From NCBI GenBank assembly GCA_024225875.1, contig JAAEMD010000004.1, forward strand, positions 1-33,513: DNA of 33,513 bases, written 5' to 3'. Position numbers and translations under genes: made by a program. Numbering within the stretch: the stretch's first letter is position 1; the number at the start of each line of letters is the position of its first letter. Below, one piece after another: positions 19,843 to 29,141 of the stretch. Under the pieces are notes generated by a model that was not told the DNA's origin, did no database searches, and was given only the letters and a program-made list of their open reading frames with translations. This DNA is from a bacterium. Its GTDB lineage: Bacteria; Margulisbacteria; Marinamargulisbacteria; JAAEMD01.

Positions 19843-20685
19843 ATGCGAAATATCTCAACCACTGTAATTACTGAAAAAGTATCTGACCTGGTTAAAGTAA
19901 CAGCTTTATATCTTCGTCCTGATATTATGGATTTTTTCAAAAATGCTATAATAAAAGAAAAAGATGAAAATGCAAAAAAAAACCTGTTAAAGCTAATTGA
20001 AAATGCAGTAACCGCACAGGACAAAAAAGTACCTTACTGCCAGGATACTGGCTTTGAAATAATTTTTTGTGAAATAGGACAAGAAGTGCATATCACCGAT
20101 GGAAGCCTGGATGCTGCCATTCAGGAAGGCATTAAAAAAGGCAGTAAAGACGGCTTTTTAAGACAATCCATTGTTGAAGATCCGATTATACGTAAAAACA
20201 CAGCAACAAATACACCTGGTATTATTAATTATTCAATAGTAGAGGGAGACAAAATAAAATTTTCCTGTATTGCAAAAGGGTTCGGATGCGAAAATAAAGG
20301 ACAAGTCAGCATGTTAAACCCAACTGCTTCAATAAATGATATTAAAGATTTCGTCTTAAAAGTTATTAAAGAAGCTGGTCCCAATGCCTGCCCTCCATTT
20401 TTTATTGGTATCGGGCTTGGTGGTACTATGGACAAAGCTTGTGAACTTGCCAAAAAAGCTCTTTTAGAGCCAGTCGGGAAACACAATAAAAAGAAACACC
20501 TTGCAACACTGGAAAAGGAAATCCTTACTGAAGCTAATAATTTAAATACAGGGCCTCTGGGGCTGGGTGGCAACCTCAGCTGTATCGATATCAAAATCAA
20601 AGAGTATGCCTGCCATATTGCAGGCCTGCCAGTTGCCGTTAATATTGGCTGTCATGCAGTAAGAACAAAGACCATAGTGATATGA
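19843..20685 (+). CDS. Class I fumarate hydratase / tartrate dehydratase alpha subunit
   Basis: PYCQDTG, KGFGCEN, NACPP, GPLGLGG, CHIAGLPVAVNIGCHA. Confidence 0.92.
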   Translation: MRNISTTVITEKVSDLVKVTALYLRPDIMDFFKNAIIKEKDENAKKNLLKLIENAVTAQDKKVPYCQDTGFEIIFCEIGQEVHITDGSLDAAIQEGIKKGSKDGFLRQSIVEDPIIRKNTATNTPGIINYSIVEGDKIKFSCIAKGFGCENKGQVSMLNPTASINDIKDFVLKVIKEAGPNACPPFFIGIGLGGTMDKACELAKKALLEPVGKHNKKKHLATLEKEILTEANNLNTGPLGLGGNLSCIDIKIKEYACHIAGLPVAVNIGCHAVRTKTIVI

Positions 20686-21215
20686 TAATAAAAATTAACA
20701 CACCGATAGCTCAACACATTATCAATGATCTTAACAGTGGAGATTATGTTGAACTAACCGGGACAATCTATACTGCCCGTGATCAGGCCCATAAAAAACT
20801 TACAGACGCAATACTGGCAAATAAGAGCCTGCCTGTCCCGGTCAACTCAGTCTTATACTATGCCGGACCGTCTCCTGCCAGACCAGGAGAAGTTATAGGA
20901 TCCTGCGGACCAACAACATCAGCCAGAATGGACCAGTTCACGCCTTTATTAGTAGAAAATGGCTTTAAGGTTTGTATAGGTAAGGGTTTAAGAAATAAGA
21001 ATGTGCTTAAAGCAATTAAGAAAAACAAAGGGCTTTACCTTTCTGCTTTTGGCGGCTGTGGAGCACTGTATCATAATAAAATCTTAAAAGCAGAATGCAT
21101 CGCTTATAAGGATCTTCTGTCAGAAGCAATATTTAAACTATATGTAGAAAACTTTCCAGCAGTTGTCGCTATAGACTCAAAAGGAAATGATATTTTTACA
21201 AAGGAGCCTCTATGA
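20682..21215 (+). CDS. Class I fumarate hydratase / tartrate dehydratase beta subunit
   Basis: GTIYTARDQAHK, GPTTSARM, IGKG, VAIDSKG; ATGA overlap with the alpha gene. Confidence 0.92.
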   Translation: MIIKINTPIAQHIINDLNSGDYVELTGTIYTARDQAHKKLTDAILANKSLPVPVNSVLYYAGPSPARPGEVIGSCGPTTSARMDQFTPLLVENGFKVCIGKGLRNKNVLKAIKKNKGLYLSAFGGCGALYHNKILKAECIAYKDLLSEAIFKLYVENFPAVVAIDSKGNDIFTKEPL

Positions 21216-21793
21216 AAAAACTTTTAAAAGAATCATTTGAAAATTCAATAAAAGCTTTAAACAGCTTTTATCAGGATGGGGCAAACATAAATAAAGTGAT
21301 TAATATTTCAGAGTTGATAGCGAATTGTTTTAATAATGGTAATAAAGTTCTGATTTGCGGAAATGGTGGCAGTATGTGCGATGCTATGCATTTTGCTGAA
21401 GAATTTACCGGTCGATTTCGCAAGAATCGAAAAGCTTTACCTGCAATCGCAATTTCTGACCCATCTCACATAACTTGTGCAGCAAATGATTTTGGTTTTG
21501 ATAACATATTTGCCCGCAGTGTAGAGGCTTATGGTCAAAAAAACGATCTACTGATTGGACTTTCTACCAGTGGTAATTCACAAAATATTATCAATGCCGT
21601 AAAAAAAGCAAAAGAGCTGGAAATGAAAACATTCGCTCTACTGGGAAAAGACGGGGGAAAGTTAAAGCAGATTTGTGATTTTGAGTTTATTATACCTGAA
21701 AAAACCAGCGATAGAATTCAGGAAATACATATGATAATCTTACATATAATTATTGAAGGCGTAGAAAGAATTCTATTCCCTGCTAACTATTAA
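21212..21793 (+). CDS. gmhA: Phosphoheptose isomerase
   Basis: CGNGGS..DAMHFAEEFTGRF, STSGNS, DRIQEIH. Confidence 0.95.
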   Translation: MKKLLKESFENSIKALNSFYQDGANINKVINISELIANCFNNGNKVLICGNGGSMCDAMHFAEEFTGRFRKNRKALPAIAISDPSHITCAANDFGFDNIFARSVEAYGQKNDLLIGLSTSGNSQNIINAVKKAKELEMKTFALLGKDGGKLKQICDFEFIIPEKTSDRIQEIHMIILHIIIEGVERILFPANY

Positions 21794-21803
21794 GGAGCAA
21801 TAA

Positions 21804-23108
21804 ATGGGACTCAACACAATAAAACAAAAAATTGATAATAAATCACTTAAAGTCGGTGTCATCGGTCTTGGCTACGTCGGACTACCATTAGCTTGTGAAT
21901 TTGCTGAAGCTGATATAGAAGTTATCGGGTTCGATATTGCACAGGAAAAGGTTGATCTAATCAACATGGGCAAGTCCTATATTATAGATATAAAGGATCA
22001 GAAAATAGAAAAACAGGTCTCCAGAAAAAAACTATCCGCAACCACTGATTTTTCTGCTTTGAAAGAGGTTGACTCCATCAGCATCTGTGTTCCGACACCA
22101 CTAAACAAAAGTAAAGACCCTGATATATCTTATATTGAAGCTGCTCTTGAATCTATCATTCCGAACCTGAAAAAAGGACAAATTATAATATTGGAAAGCA
22201 CAACCTATCCTGGAACGACTGTAGAGGTCATTAAACCTCAACTGGAAAAAACCGGGCTTATTATTGGCAGGGACCTTTTCCTTGCTTTTTCACCTGAACG
22301 TGTTGACCCTGGAAACAAAATATATACTACAAAAAATACCCCAAAGGTCCTGGGCGGAGTAACTAAGGAATGCACTAAAACAGGGGCGCTTATTTACGAA
22401 CAGGTTATTAATAAAATAGTAACCGTATCTTCCCCTTCAAGTGCAGAAATGGTAAAGCTGCTGGAAAACACTTTTCGCTCAGTTAATATAGGCATGGCCA
22501 ATGAAATAGTGCTGATGTGCAATAAACTGGGACTAAATGCCTGGGAAATAATAGAAGCAGCAGCAACAAAACCCTTTGGTTTTATGCCTTTTTTTCCAGG
22601 GCCAGGGCTTGGCGGTCACTGTATACCAATCGATCCCCTGTATCTATCATGGAAGCTGAAAACACTAAACTATGATGCTAAATTCATAGGGTTAGCAGAT
22701 GAAATAAACAGCTCAATGCCAGAATATGTAACAACTAAAGTCACGCTCGGACTGAACCAGCATAAGAAAAGTATTAACGGTTCAAGAATTTTAATACTTG
22801 GAGTAGCTTACAAGGCAGATATTAATGATGTTCGCGAATCACCGGCTTTAGATATCATTATGAAACTCCAGAAACTGGGCGCTAATATACAGTATCATGA
22901 TAACTTTATTCCTGAAGTTAAACTTGGCGATAATACTTTCTATTCCCAGGAGCTTTCTGAAGAAAATATATCAAAAAACGATTGCCTTGTAATTATTACA
23001 CATCACTCATATTTCGATATAGACTATATAACAAAAAAGGCCCGGCTGATTATTGACACCAGAAATGCTACTAAAAATTTTAATACTGACAATATAATCA
23101 GACTCTGA
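21804..23108 (+). CDS. UDP-N-acetylhexosamine 6-dehydrogenase (WbpA/WecC family)
   Basis: GLGYVGLP, ICVPTP, LESTTYPGTT, FSPERVDPG, GGHCIPIDP, DVRESP. Confidence 0.93.
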   Translation: MGLNTIKQKIDNKSLKVGVIGLGYVGLPLACEFAEADIEVIGFDIAQEKVDLINMGKSYIIDIKDQKIEKQVSRKKLSATTDFSALKEVDSISICVPTPLNKSKDPDISYIEAALESIIPNLKKGQIIILESTTYPGTTVEVIKPQLEKTGLIIGRDLFLAFSPERVDPGNKIYTTKNTPKVLGGVTKECTKTGALIYEQVINKIVTVSSPSSAEMVKLLENTFRSVNIGMANEIVLMCNKLGLNAWEIIEAAATKPFGFMPFFPGPGLGGHCIPIDPLYLSWKLKTLNYDAKFIGLADEINSSMPEYVTTKVTLGLNQHKKSINGSRILILGVAYKADINDVRESPALDIIMKLQKLGANIQYHDNFIPEVKLGDNTFYSQELSEENISKNDCLVIITHHSYFDIDYITKKARLIIDTRNATKNFNTDNIIRL

Positions 23109-23158
23109 AAACAGAACTTTTCTGTTTTGAACAAAGATTTTTATAAGGAGTAAGTGTT

Positions 23159-23956
23159 ATGGAAAAGGTATCAACAGGTATTTTTGGCGGAAGCGGTTTT
23201 TATAAATTCGGAGAAAATATTAGTGAAGTTAAAATAGATACTCCCTATGGTATTACCAGCAGCTCTATATTTATAGCCTCAGTTGAAGGGAAAAGAGTAG
23301 CCTTTCTACCCCGACATGGAGTTGACCATATATATCCTCCTCATAAAATTAACTATAGAGCTAATTTATGGGCAATGAAAGAACTTGGAGTAAAACAGTT
23401 ATTCGGCCCATGTGCTGCAGGATCACTCCAGACACAAATAAAGCCCGGTGAACTGGTATTTTGCGATCAATTTATCGACAGAACTAATGGCCGGAAAGAT
23501 ACTTTCTATGATGGACCGGTAACTACACATATATCCTGTGCAGAACCTTATTGCCCTGAACTACGGACAATTGCCCGGAAATCAGCTGAAGATCTAAAAA
23601 TACCATTCCATAAAACAGGAACTGTTGTTGTAATTAATGGACCAAGATTCTCTTCAAAAGCCGAGTCAAAGTGGTTCTCTGAAAGCGGGTTTGACATCAT
23701 AAATATGTCACAGTACCCTGAAGTTGTTTTAGCAAGAGAACTGGAAATATGCTATATGAATATTTCATTAATAACTGATTATGACTGTGGCCTGGAGCAT
23801 GAGGCTGCACCAACTGATGTTAAAAGTATTATCGAAGTATTTGAACGTAACCTGTCAAACTTAAAATTATTATTATTCAGTATTATCAAAAATCTTCCAC
23901 CTGATCTGCCATGTTCTTGTAAAGAAACTCTAAAAGCATCAAGGTTCAATGATTAA
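23159..23956 (+). CDS. mtnP: 5'-methylthioadenosine phosphorylase
   Basis: GIFGGSG, FLPRHG..H..PPHKINYRAN, GPRFSSKAES, ITDYDC; clustered with mtnA. Confidence 0.9.
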   Translation: MEKVSTGIFGGSGFYKFGENISEVKIDTPYGITSSSIFIASVEGKRVAFLPRHGVDHIYPPHKINYRANLWAMKELGVKQLFGPCAAGSLQTQIKPGELVFCDQFIDRTNGRKDTFYDGPVTTHISCAEPYCPELRTIARKSAEDLKIPFHKTGTVVVINGPRFSSKAESKWFSESGFDIINMSQYPEVVLARELEICYMNISLITDYDCGLEHEAAPTDVKSIIEVFERNLSNLKLLLFSIIKNLPPDLPCSCKETLKASRFND

Positions 23957-24530
23957 TTTCCTGATAAAAAGAAATATTCATCAACAAATAAAACAGGTCG
24001 GTAGAAAATGCTTTCTTGCAGGCCTTAATAATTCACACAGCGGTAATATAAGTATCAAAAAAAATAATTATATTTATATAACCAGAACAGGCAGCAGTCT
24101 GGATCAGCTAAAAATAAGTGATATCATAAGAACAGAGCTCAATGTAAATAAAGTGGCTGATAGATATGCTTCTATTGAGCTCATTGTTCATCGTGCAATA
24201 TATAAGGCTAACCCGGATATCAACTCTATAACACATGCCCATGCCCCGTATGCTATTGCTATGGCAGATAAAGGCCGGGATTTAATCCCGTATGATGATG
24301 AAGGGAAGTATTATTTAGGCAGTATTCCTGTACTTAGTATTGAAAATACGATAGCATCAAAAAATATAGCTGATCAAATAAGAAGCTATGTTCATAATTC
24401 ACACAGTATTATAATTGCAAAACATGGAGTTTTTGCCTGGGGGCCATCTCTTGATGATGCTTATAAATTTTTGTCAGTAACTGAATCGGCCTGTAAAATA
24501 AACTATCTTACTATAGCTGGTACAAATTGA
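23949..24530 (+). CDS. Class II aldolase/adducin family protein (Ald2/FucA/MtnB-like)
   Basis: SGNIS, ASIELIVH, THAH, KHGV Zn-binding motifs; the last 5 residues and the stop come from repeat copy 4. Confidence 0.88.
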   Translation: MINFLIKRNIHQQIKQVGRKCFLAGLNNSHSGNISIKKNNYIYITRTGSSLDQLKISDIIRTELNVNKVADRYASIELIVHRAIYKANPDINSITHAHAPYAIAMADKGRDLIPYDDEGKYYLGSIPVLSIENTIASKNIADQIRSYVHNSHSIIIAKHGVFAWGPSLDDAYKFLSVTESACKINYLTIAGTN

Positions 24531-24615
24531 AATGTCTGAGTGCTGTGTACTGGCGTACATTAACGAAGTCATTTGAAAACGTCAGTGTCGGACATTTTAC
24601 TTTGGATCAGCTATA
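24512..24615 (+). repeat. Palindromic MITE-like element, copy 4 (104 bp, 12-bp internal deletion)
   Basis: TATAGCTGGTACAAATTGAAATGTCTGAG...CGGACATTTTACTTTGGATCAGCTATA. Confidence 0.9.
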
Positions 24616-24725
24616 CGTCACTTAAATTGTAAAAACAGCCCTGATAAAATGAGAGCAAACGCATTTTACATTATCGTATTTTCCTGTATTCTTAAAGAAG
24701 TTCCTTAAAATAAAAGGGGGTTACT

Positions 24726-25760
24726 ATGCTGCCAAAAACTATTGAGATTAAGAACGACCGGGTTTTCCTGATTGACCAGACTAAAATTCCTTATAAACTA
24801 ACAACAGTTGAAATAAAAGATATTGAAGAAATGTTCAGTGCGATCAAAAATATGATAGTCCGGGGCGCCCCGGCAATTGGCGTAGCTGCTGCTGCCGGCA
24901 TCGCACTTTACATAAAAAATCATAACTCTAACCAGCTGACCTTAAACAATATTGTTAATGCCGGCCAAAAACTTAAAAATGCCAGACCAACCGCAGTAAA
25001 TTTAAGCTGGGGCATAGATAATACTGTTAAATTCGCAGGTCAATTTACAGATATTAAACTTCTACAAAAAGAAATATGGACTTTTGTAAAAAAACTCGCT
25101 GATGAAGATATCACTACAAACAGATCCATAGGTAAAAATGGCGCTGAAATAATCAAAAAGAAAGATAAAATCAATGTACTTACACACTGCAATGCAGGTT
25201 CTCTGGCAACAGTTTACTGGGGCACTGCACTTGGCGTTATAAGGGAGTTAGCCTCTGAAAATAGAATCAACATGGTATATGCTGATGAAACCCGTCCTCG
25301 ACTTCAGGGTGGTAAAATAACAGCCTTCGAACTACAAAAGGATAATATACCGGTAACAGTACTAACAGACAGCATGGCTGCACACTTTATGAAAAAGGGG
25401 GTTATAGATATAGTGATTACTGGTGCTGACAGAATAGCTTTAAACGGGGATACTGCCAATAAAATAGGTACCTATAGTCTAGCGATTTGTGCTGATTATC
25501 ATAATATTCCGTTTTATGTAGCAGCGCCTGTATCAACTATTGATTTTAATGCCAGTACCGGCAATGATATACCTGTTGAAGAAAGGGGTCCAGAAGAAGT
25601 AACTCATATCAACAGTATAAATATCATAGCTGACAATGTAAAAGTGCTAAATCCTGCTTTTGATATAACACCTGCCAGACTTATCAAAGCAATAATTACT
25701 GAAAAAAAAGCAATTTCCGGAGATCTGGAAAAAGAAATTTTATTACTGAAAAAAATCTAA
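24726..25760 (+). CDS. mtnA: Methylthioribose-1-phosphate isomerase
   Basis: VRGAPAIG, ARPTAVNL, THCNAGSLA, ETRP, GADRI..NGDTANKIGTY, NPAFDITP. Confidence 0.95.
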   Translation: MLPKTIEIKNDRVFLIDQTKIPYKLTTVEIKDIEEMFSAIKNMIVRGAPAIGVAAAAGIALYIKNHNSNQLTLNNIVNAGQKLKNARPTAVNLSWGIDNTVKFAGQFTDIKLLQKEIWTFVKKLADEDITTNRSIGKNGAEIIKKKDKINVLTHCNAGSLATVYWGTALGVIRELASENRINMVYADETRPRLQGGKITAFELQKDNIPVTVLTDSMAAHFMKKGVIDIVITGADRIALNGDTANKIGTYSLAICADYHNIPFYVAAPVSTIDFNASTGNDIPVEERGPEEVTHINSINIIADNVKVLNPAFDITPARLIKAIITEKKAISGDLEKEILLLKKI

Positions 25761-25782
25761 CCAGTTTATATAAAATAAATAG

Positions 25783-26400
25783 TTACCTTTTAACCATTTT
25801 TAATACTGTTCTAAATAATATTTTCATATCTGTCCAGAAGCCTGCTTCATCTATATATTTTTTATACAAAGCAATTTTCTCTGGCAAAACCTCTTCCAGA
25901 TAACCTTTTTCTTTATCCTCAAATTTTGAAAGTACTCTTTCTTCTTCAATATAATCGATAGCAGCATAATCAGTAATACCTGGTCGAACTTTTAATATAT
26001 CCTGATAATCCTTCCTGTGTTTTACAATATATTTTTCCAGTTCAGGGCGGGGACCTACCAAAGAAATATCTCCAAGTAATACATTTACTAACTGCGGCAG
26101 CTCATCAAGTTTTGTACGCCTCAACCACCTGCCAGCACTGGTTATACGAGGGTCACACTGACTGGTAACACCAGGACCTTTTTTATCTGCATCATAGTAC
26201 ATGGATCTAAATTTATAAAATGTAAACAGCTTAAAATCGCGGCCTACTCTTTCCTGACGAAAAAACACCGGCCCTCTGGAAGTACACTTTATCAAAACTG
26301 CAACAAAAAACAATACCGGGCTTAAAATAAATAGTCCGGTTAATGCCAGAGCAAAGTCCATAATTCTTTTTATATAGTTTACATAAAAGCCTGATTTCAT
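25783..26400 (-). CDS. Small bacterial sugar transferase (undecaprenyl-P phosphoglycosyl transferase)
   Basis: KRIMD, FRQERVG, KFRSM, DPRIT, LDELPQL.NVL.GD.SLVGPRPE, PGITD. Confidence 0.93.
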   Translation of the reverse strand: MKSGFYVNYIKRIMDFALALTGLFILSPVLFFVAVLIKCTSRGPVFFRQERVGRDFKLFTFYKFRSMYYDADKKGPGVTSQCDPRITSAGRWLRRTKLDELPQLVNVLLGDISLVGPRPELEKYIVKHRKDYQDILKVRPGITDYAAIDYIEEERVLSKFEDKEKGYLEEVLPEKIALYKKYIDEAGFWTDMKILFRTVLKMVKR

Positions 26401-26407
26401 TGCATCT

Positions 26408-27526
26408 TTATCTGGCGTATTTAATGACTGTATCTATAATATAATCTATCTGTACATCTGTTAAATCAGGGTAAACAGGTAAAGATAGATACTGTTCAAA
26501 GCAGGCATTGGCTACAGAATATTTGCTATCGATAAACTTATACTTTTCTTTATAATATGGATGTTTATGAACAGGTATAAAATGTACTGAAGTAGATATC
26601 CCTTTTTCCTTCAGTTTCTTTATAAGCTCATTTCTATTTTGAACCCTGATAACATATAAGTGCCAGGCTGACTCCCTGTCTGCCGGTACAAAAGGAGTCT
26701 TTATAACTGTATCCTTAAAAGCGGCTGTATACTTTCCCGCAATCTCCGCTCTTTTATCTCTCATCCACTCCAGTTTTTCTAACTGGATAAGACCTAAAGC
26801 AGAACAAATATCAGTTAAATTATATTTATAACCATTATCTACTACTTCATAATACCAGTCACCTGATTCTGAGTAACGGTCCCATGCATCCCTGCTTATA
26901 CCATGTAACCGGTTAATCTTAATCTTCCTGGCATACTGTTCATTATCAGTAGTAGCCATACCTCCCTCTCCTGTAGCAAGTGTTTTGGTAGCATAAAAAG
27001 AAAAACAGGTAATATCACCTAAAGTTCCTATGTTCTTCCCTTTATATGTTGCAGGTACCGCATGAGCAGCATCTTCTATAACAAATAAATCATTCTTTTT
27101 TGCAATAGCCAGTATTTCGTCCATATCGCAGGCTGTTCCAGCAAAATGGACCGGTATTATAGCTTTTGTTCTATCAGTAATTAACTCATTAATTTTCTTG
27201 ACATCAATATTCAGCATCTTATCATCAATATCACATAAAACAGGAACCGCATCAAAATAAGTTACAACCTCAGCTGTAGCAATAAATGTATTAGTTGGCA
27301 GAATAACCTCATCTCCAGGCTTAATACCAACCGCTTTTAGTGCTAAATGTAAAGCTGCTGTTGCAGAATTAAGCGAAACTGCATGTCTGGCACCAGTAAA
27401 ATTTCTAAATCTCTTTTCAAACTCTACAGTTTTAGGCCCCATAGTAAGCCACCCTGACTTTAAGGTATCTACTACTGACTCTATTTCATTATCTCCTATA
27501 CAAGCTTTATGGAATGGTATTTTCAC
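26408..27526 (-). CDS. DegT/DnrJ/EryC1/StrS PLP-dependent sugar aminotransferase
   Basis: SGWLTMGPK, NSATAALHLAL, EDAAHA, FSFYATKTLATGEGG. Confidence 0.94.
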   Translation of the reverse strand: MKIPFHKACIGDNEIESVVDTLKSGWLTMGPKTVEFEKRFRNFTGARHAVSLNSATAALHLALKAVGIKPGDEVILPTNTFIATAEVVTYFDAVPVLCDIDDKMLNIDVKKINELITDRTKAIIPVHFAGTACDMDEILAIAKKNDLFVIEDAAHAVPATYKGKNIGTLGDITCFSFYATKTLATGEGGMATTDNEQYARKIKINRLHGISRDAWDRYSESGDWYYEVVDNGYKYNLTDICSALGLIQLEKLEWMRDKRAEIAGKYTAAFKDTVIKTPFVPADRESAWHLYVIRVQNRNELIKKLKEKGISTSVHFIPVHKHPYYKEKYKFIDSKYSVANACFEQYLSLPVYPDLTDVQIDYIIDTVIKYAR

Positions 27527-27543
27527 AGCAAAACCTCTCTATA

Positions 27544-28077
27544 TTAGTTATCAAGCACCACAAAATAATCAGTTTCCAGTGTATTAATATCACACAGCCC
27601 GATATCCAGAATAATACCGATTGCAACATAAGAAGCCATCGTTTTTAATAATGAAATTGCTGCTTTAGCTGTACCGCCAGTCGCAAAAACATCATCAATA
27701 AGTAAAACACGTGACTCTTTTAGTGAGCTGTTTACCTGCATTTCCAGGCAGTCAGTACCATACTCCAGACTATATTTAATTGATTTAACTTCACCTGGAA
27801 GCTTCCCCTTTTTACGTAGCGGGATAAAACCGCATTTAAGCTTTTGTGCTAAAGCTGATCCCAGGATAAAACCTCTGGCTTCAATACCTATAATATAATC
27901 TATACTCCTGAAACGACTGGACAAAGATGCCATATACTCAATAAGTATAGAAAAAGATTTATGGTTCTGATAAACAGGGTTTAAATCTTTAAACAGGATA
28001 CCTTTTTCAGGAAAATCCTGGTAAAACGTAACATTATTAGATAATATCTGCTTTACATCCTCTCTAGCCTGCTTCAT
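27544..28077 (-). CDS. apt: Adenine phosphoribosyltransferase
   Basis: DFPEKGILFKD, IEARGF, RKKGKLP, YSLEYG, VLLIDDVFATGGT. Confidence 0.93.
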   Translation of the reverse strand: MKQAREDVKQILSNNVTFYQDFPEKGILFKDLNPVYQNHKSFSILIEYMASLSSRFRSIDYIIGIEARGFILGSALAQKLKCGFIPLRKKGKLPGEVKSIKYSLEYGTDCLEMQVNSSLKESRVLLIDDVFATGGTAKAAISLLKTMASYVAIGIILDIGLCDINTLETDYFVVLDN

Positions 28078-28139
28078 AACAAACCTCCTGCTTGATAATT
28101 TTTCTTCTTAAAAAAAATTCATGACTGCACTTCTTATTT

Positions 28140-29126
28140 TTAATAAACTTTTTTCCAGTATTCTTTCAAAAAATCCAGTTTCTGTTCTACCCATTTAATG
28201 TTTTCAACATACCATGATACTGTTTTACTTATACCTTCTTCAAATTTAACCTGAGCTGACCAGCCGACCTCCTTATTAATCTTTCCGGTATTCAATGAGT
28301 ATCTGAAATCATGGCCCAGTCTATCTTTGACAAATTCTATTAAACTTTCTGGTCTATCAAGTATATTTAGTATAGCTTTAACAACATCAATATTTCTCTT
28401 CTCCTGCCCGCTGCCTGTATTATATATTTCACCTTTATTACCTTTTTCGATCAAAGCATATACAGCTTGAGCACAATCGGAAACATACAGCCACTCTCTA
28501 ACATTCAAGCCCTGGCCATAAACAGGTATTTTCTCATTATTCAGTGCTTTTAAAATAACAACTGGAATCAGTTTTTCAGGATACTGCCAGGCACCATAAT
28601 TATTTGACGGCCTGACTGTAATAACAGGTAACCCATAAGTATGATAATAAGCTCTTCCCATCATATCTGCCGATGCTTTACTAACCGAATAAGGAGAGTT
28701 CGGATCAAGTGGTGTATTTTCATAAAACTGGCCTTCTTCTCCAAGTTCGCCATACACCTCATCTGTAGAAATATTAATAAATTTCTCCAGCCCGGTCTTT
28801 CTGGCTGCATCAAGCACAACCTGAGTACCCCTTACATTTGTATCAATAAATGGTGAGGCATCCAGAATACTTCTATCCACATGACTTTCTGCCGCCCAGT
28901 GAACAACTGTATCCGGTTTTTCTTCCTCAAAAATCTTCTCCATGGAGTTTTTATCAGCAATATCTGCCTTAAAAAATCTTATTCTGTTTTTAACATCCTT
29001 TATTCTTTCCAGATCACCTGCATAAGCAAGATTATCAATAACACAAAGGTCTAAACCTTTATCTACTCCCTGCCTGATAAACTCACTACCTATAAAGCCA
29101 GCTCCACCGGTAACTAATATTTTCAA
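28140..29126 (-). CDS. rfbB: dTDP-glucose 4,6-dehydratase
   Basis: TGGAGFIG, AAESHVDRSI, STDEVYG, PYSVSK, SNNYG, PEKLIP, DRLGHDFRY. Confidence 0.96.
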   Translation of the reverse strand: MKILVTGGAGFIGSEFIRQGVDKGLDLCVIDNLAYAGDLERIKDVKNRIRFFKADIADKNSMEKIFEEEKPDTVVHWAAESHVDRSILDASPFIDTNVRGTQVVLDAARKTGLEKFINISTDEVYGELGEEGQFYENTPLDPNSPYSVSKASADMMGRAYYHTYGLPVITVRPSNNYGAWQYPEKLIPVVILKALNNEKIPVYGQGLNVREWLYVSDCAQAVYALIEKGNKGEIYNTGSGQEKRNIDVVKAILNILDRPESLIEFVKDRLGHDFRYSLNTGKINKEVGWSAQVKFEEGISKTVSWYVENIKWVEQKLDFLKEYWKKVY

Positions 29127-29141
29127 TTGCTCACTCCTTTT

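Noticed and set aside
23108-23128. AAAACAGAA-CTT-TTCTGTTTT hairpin after the UDP-sugar dehydrogenase
   Set aside because: AT-rich weak stem without a separate U-tract; not enough to call a terminator.
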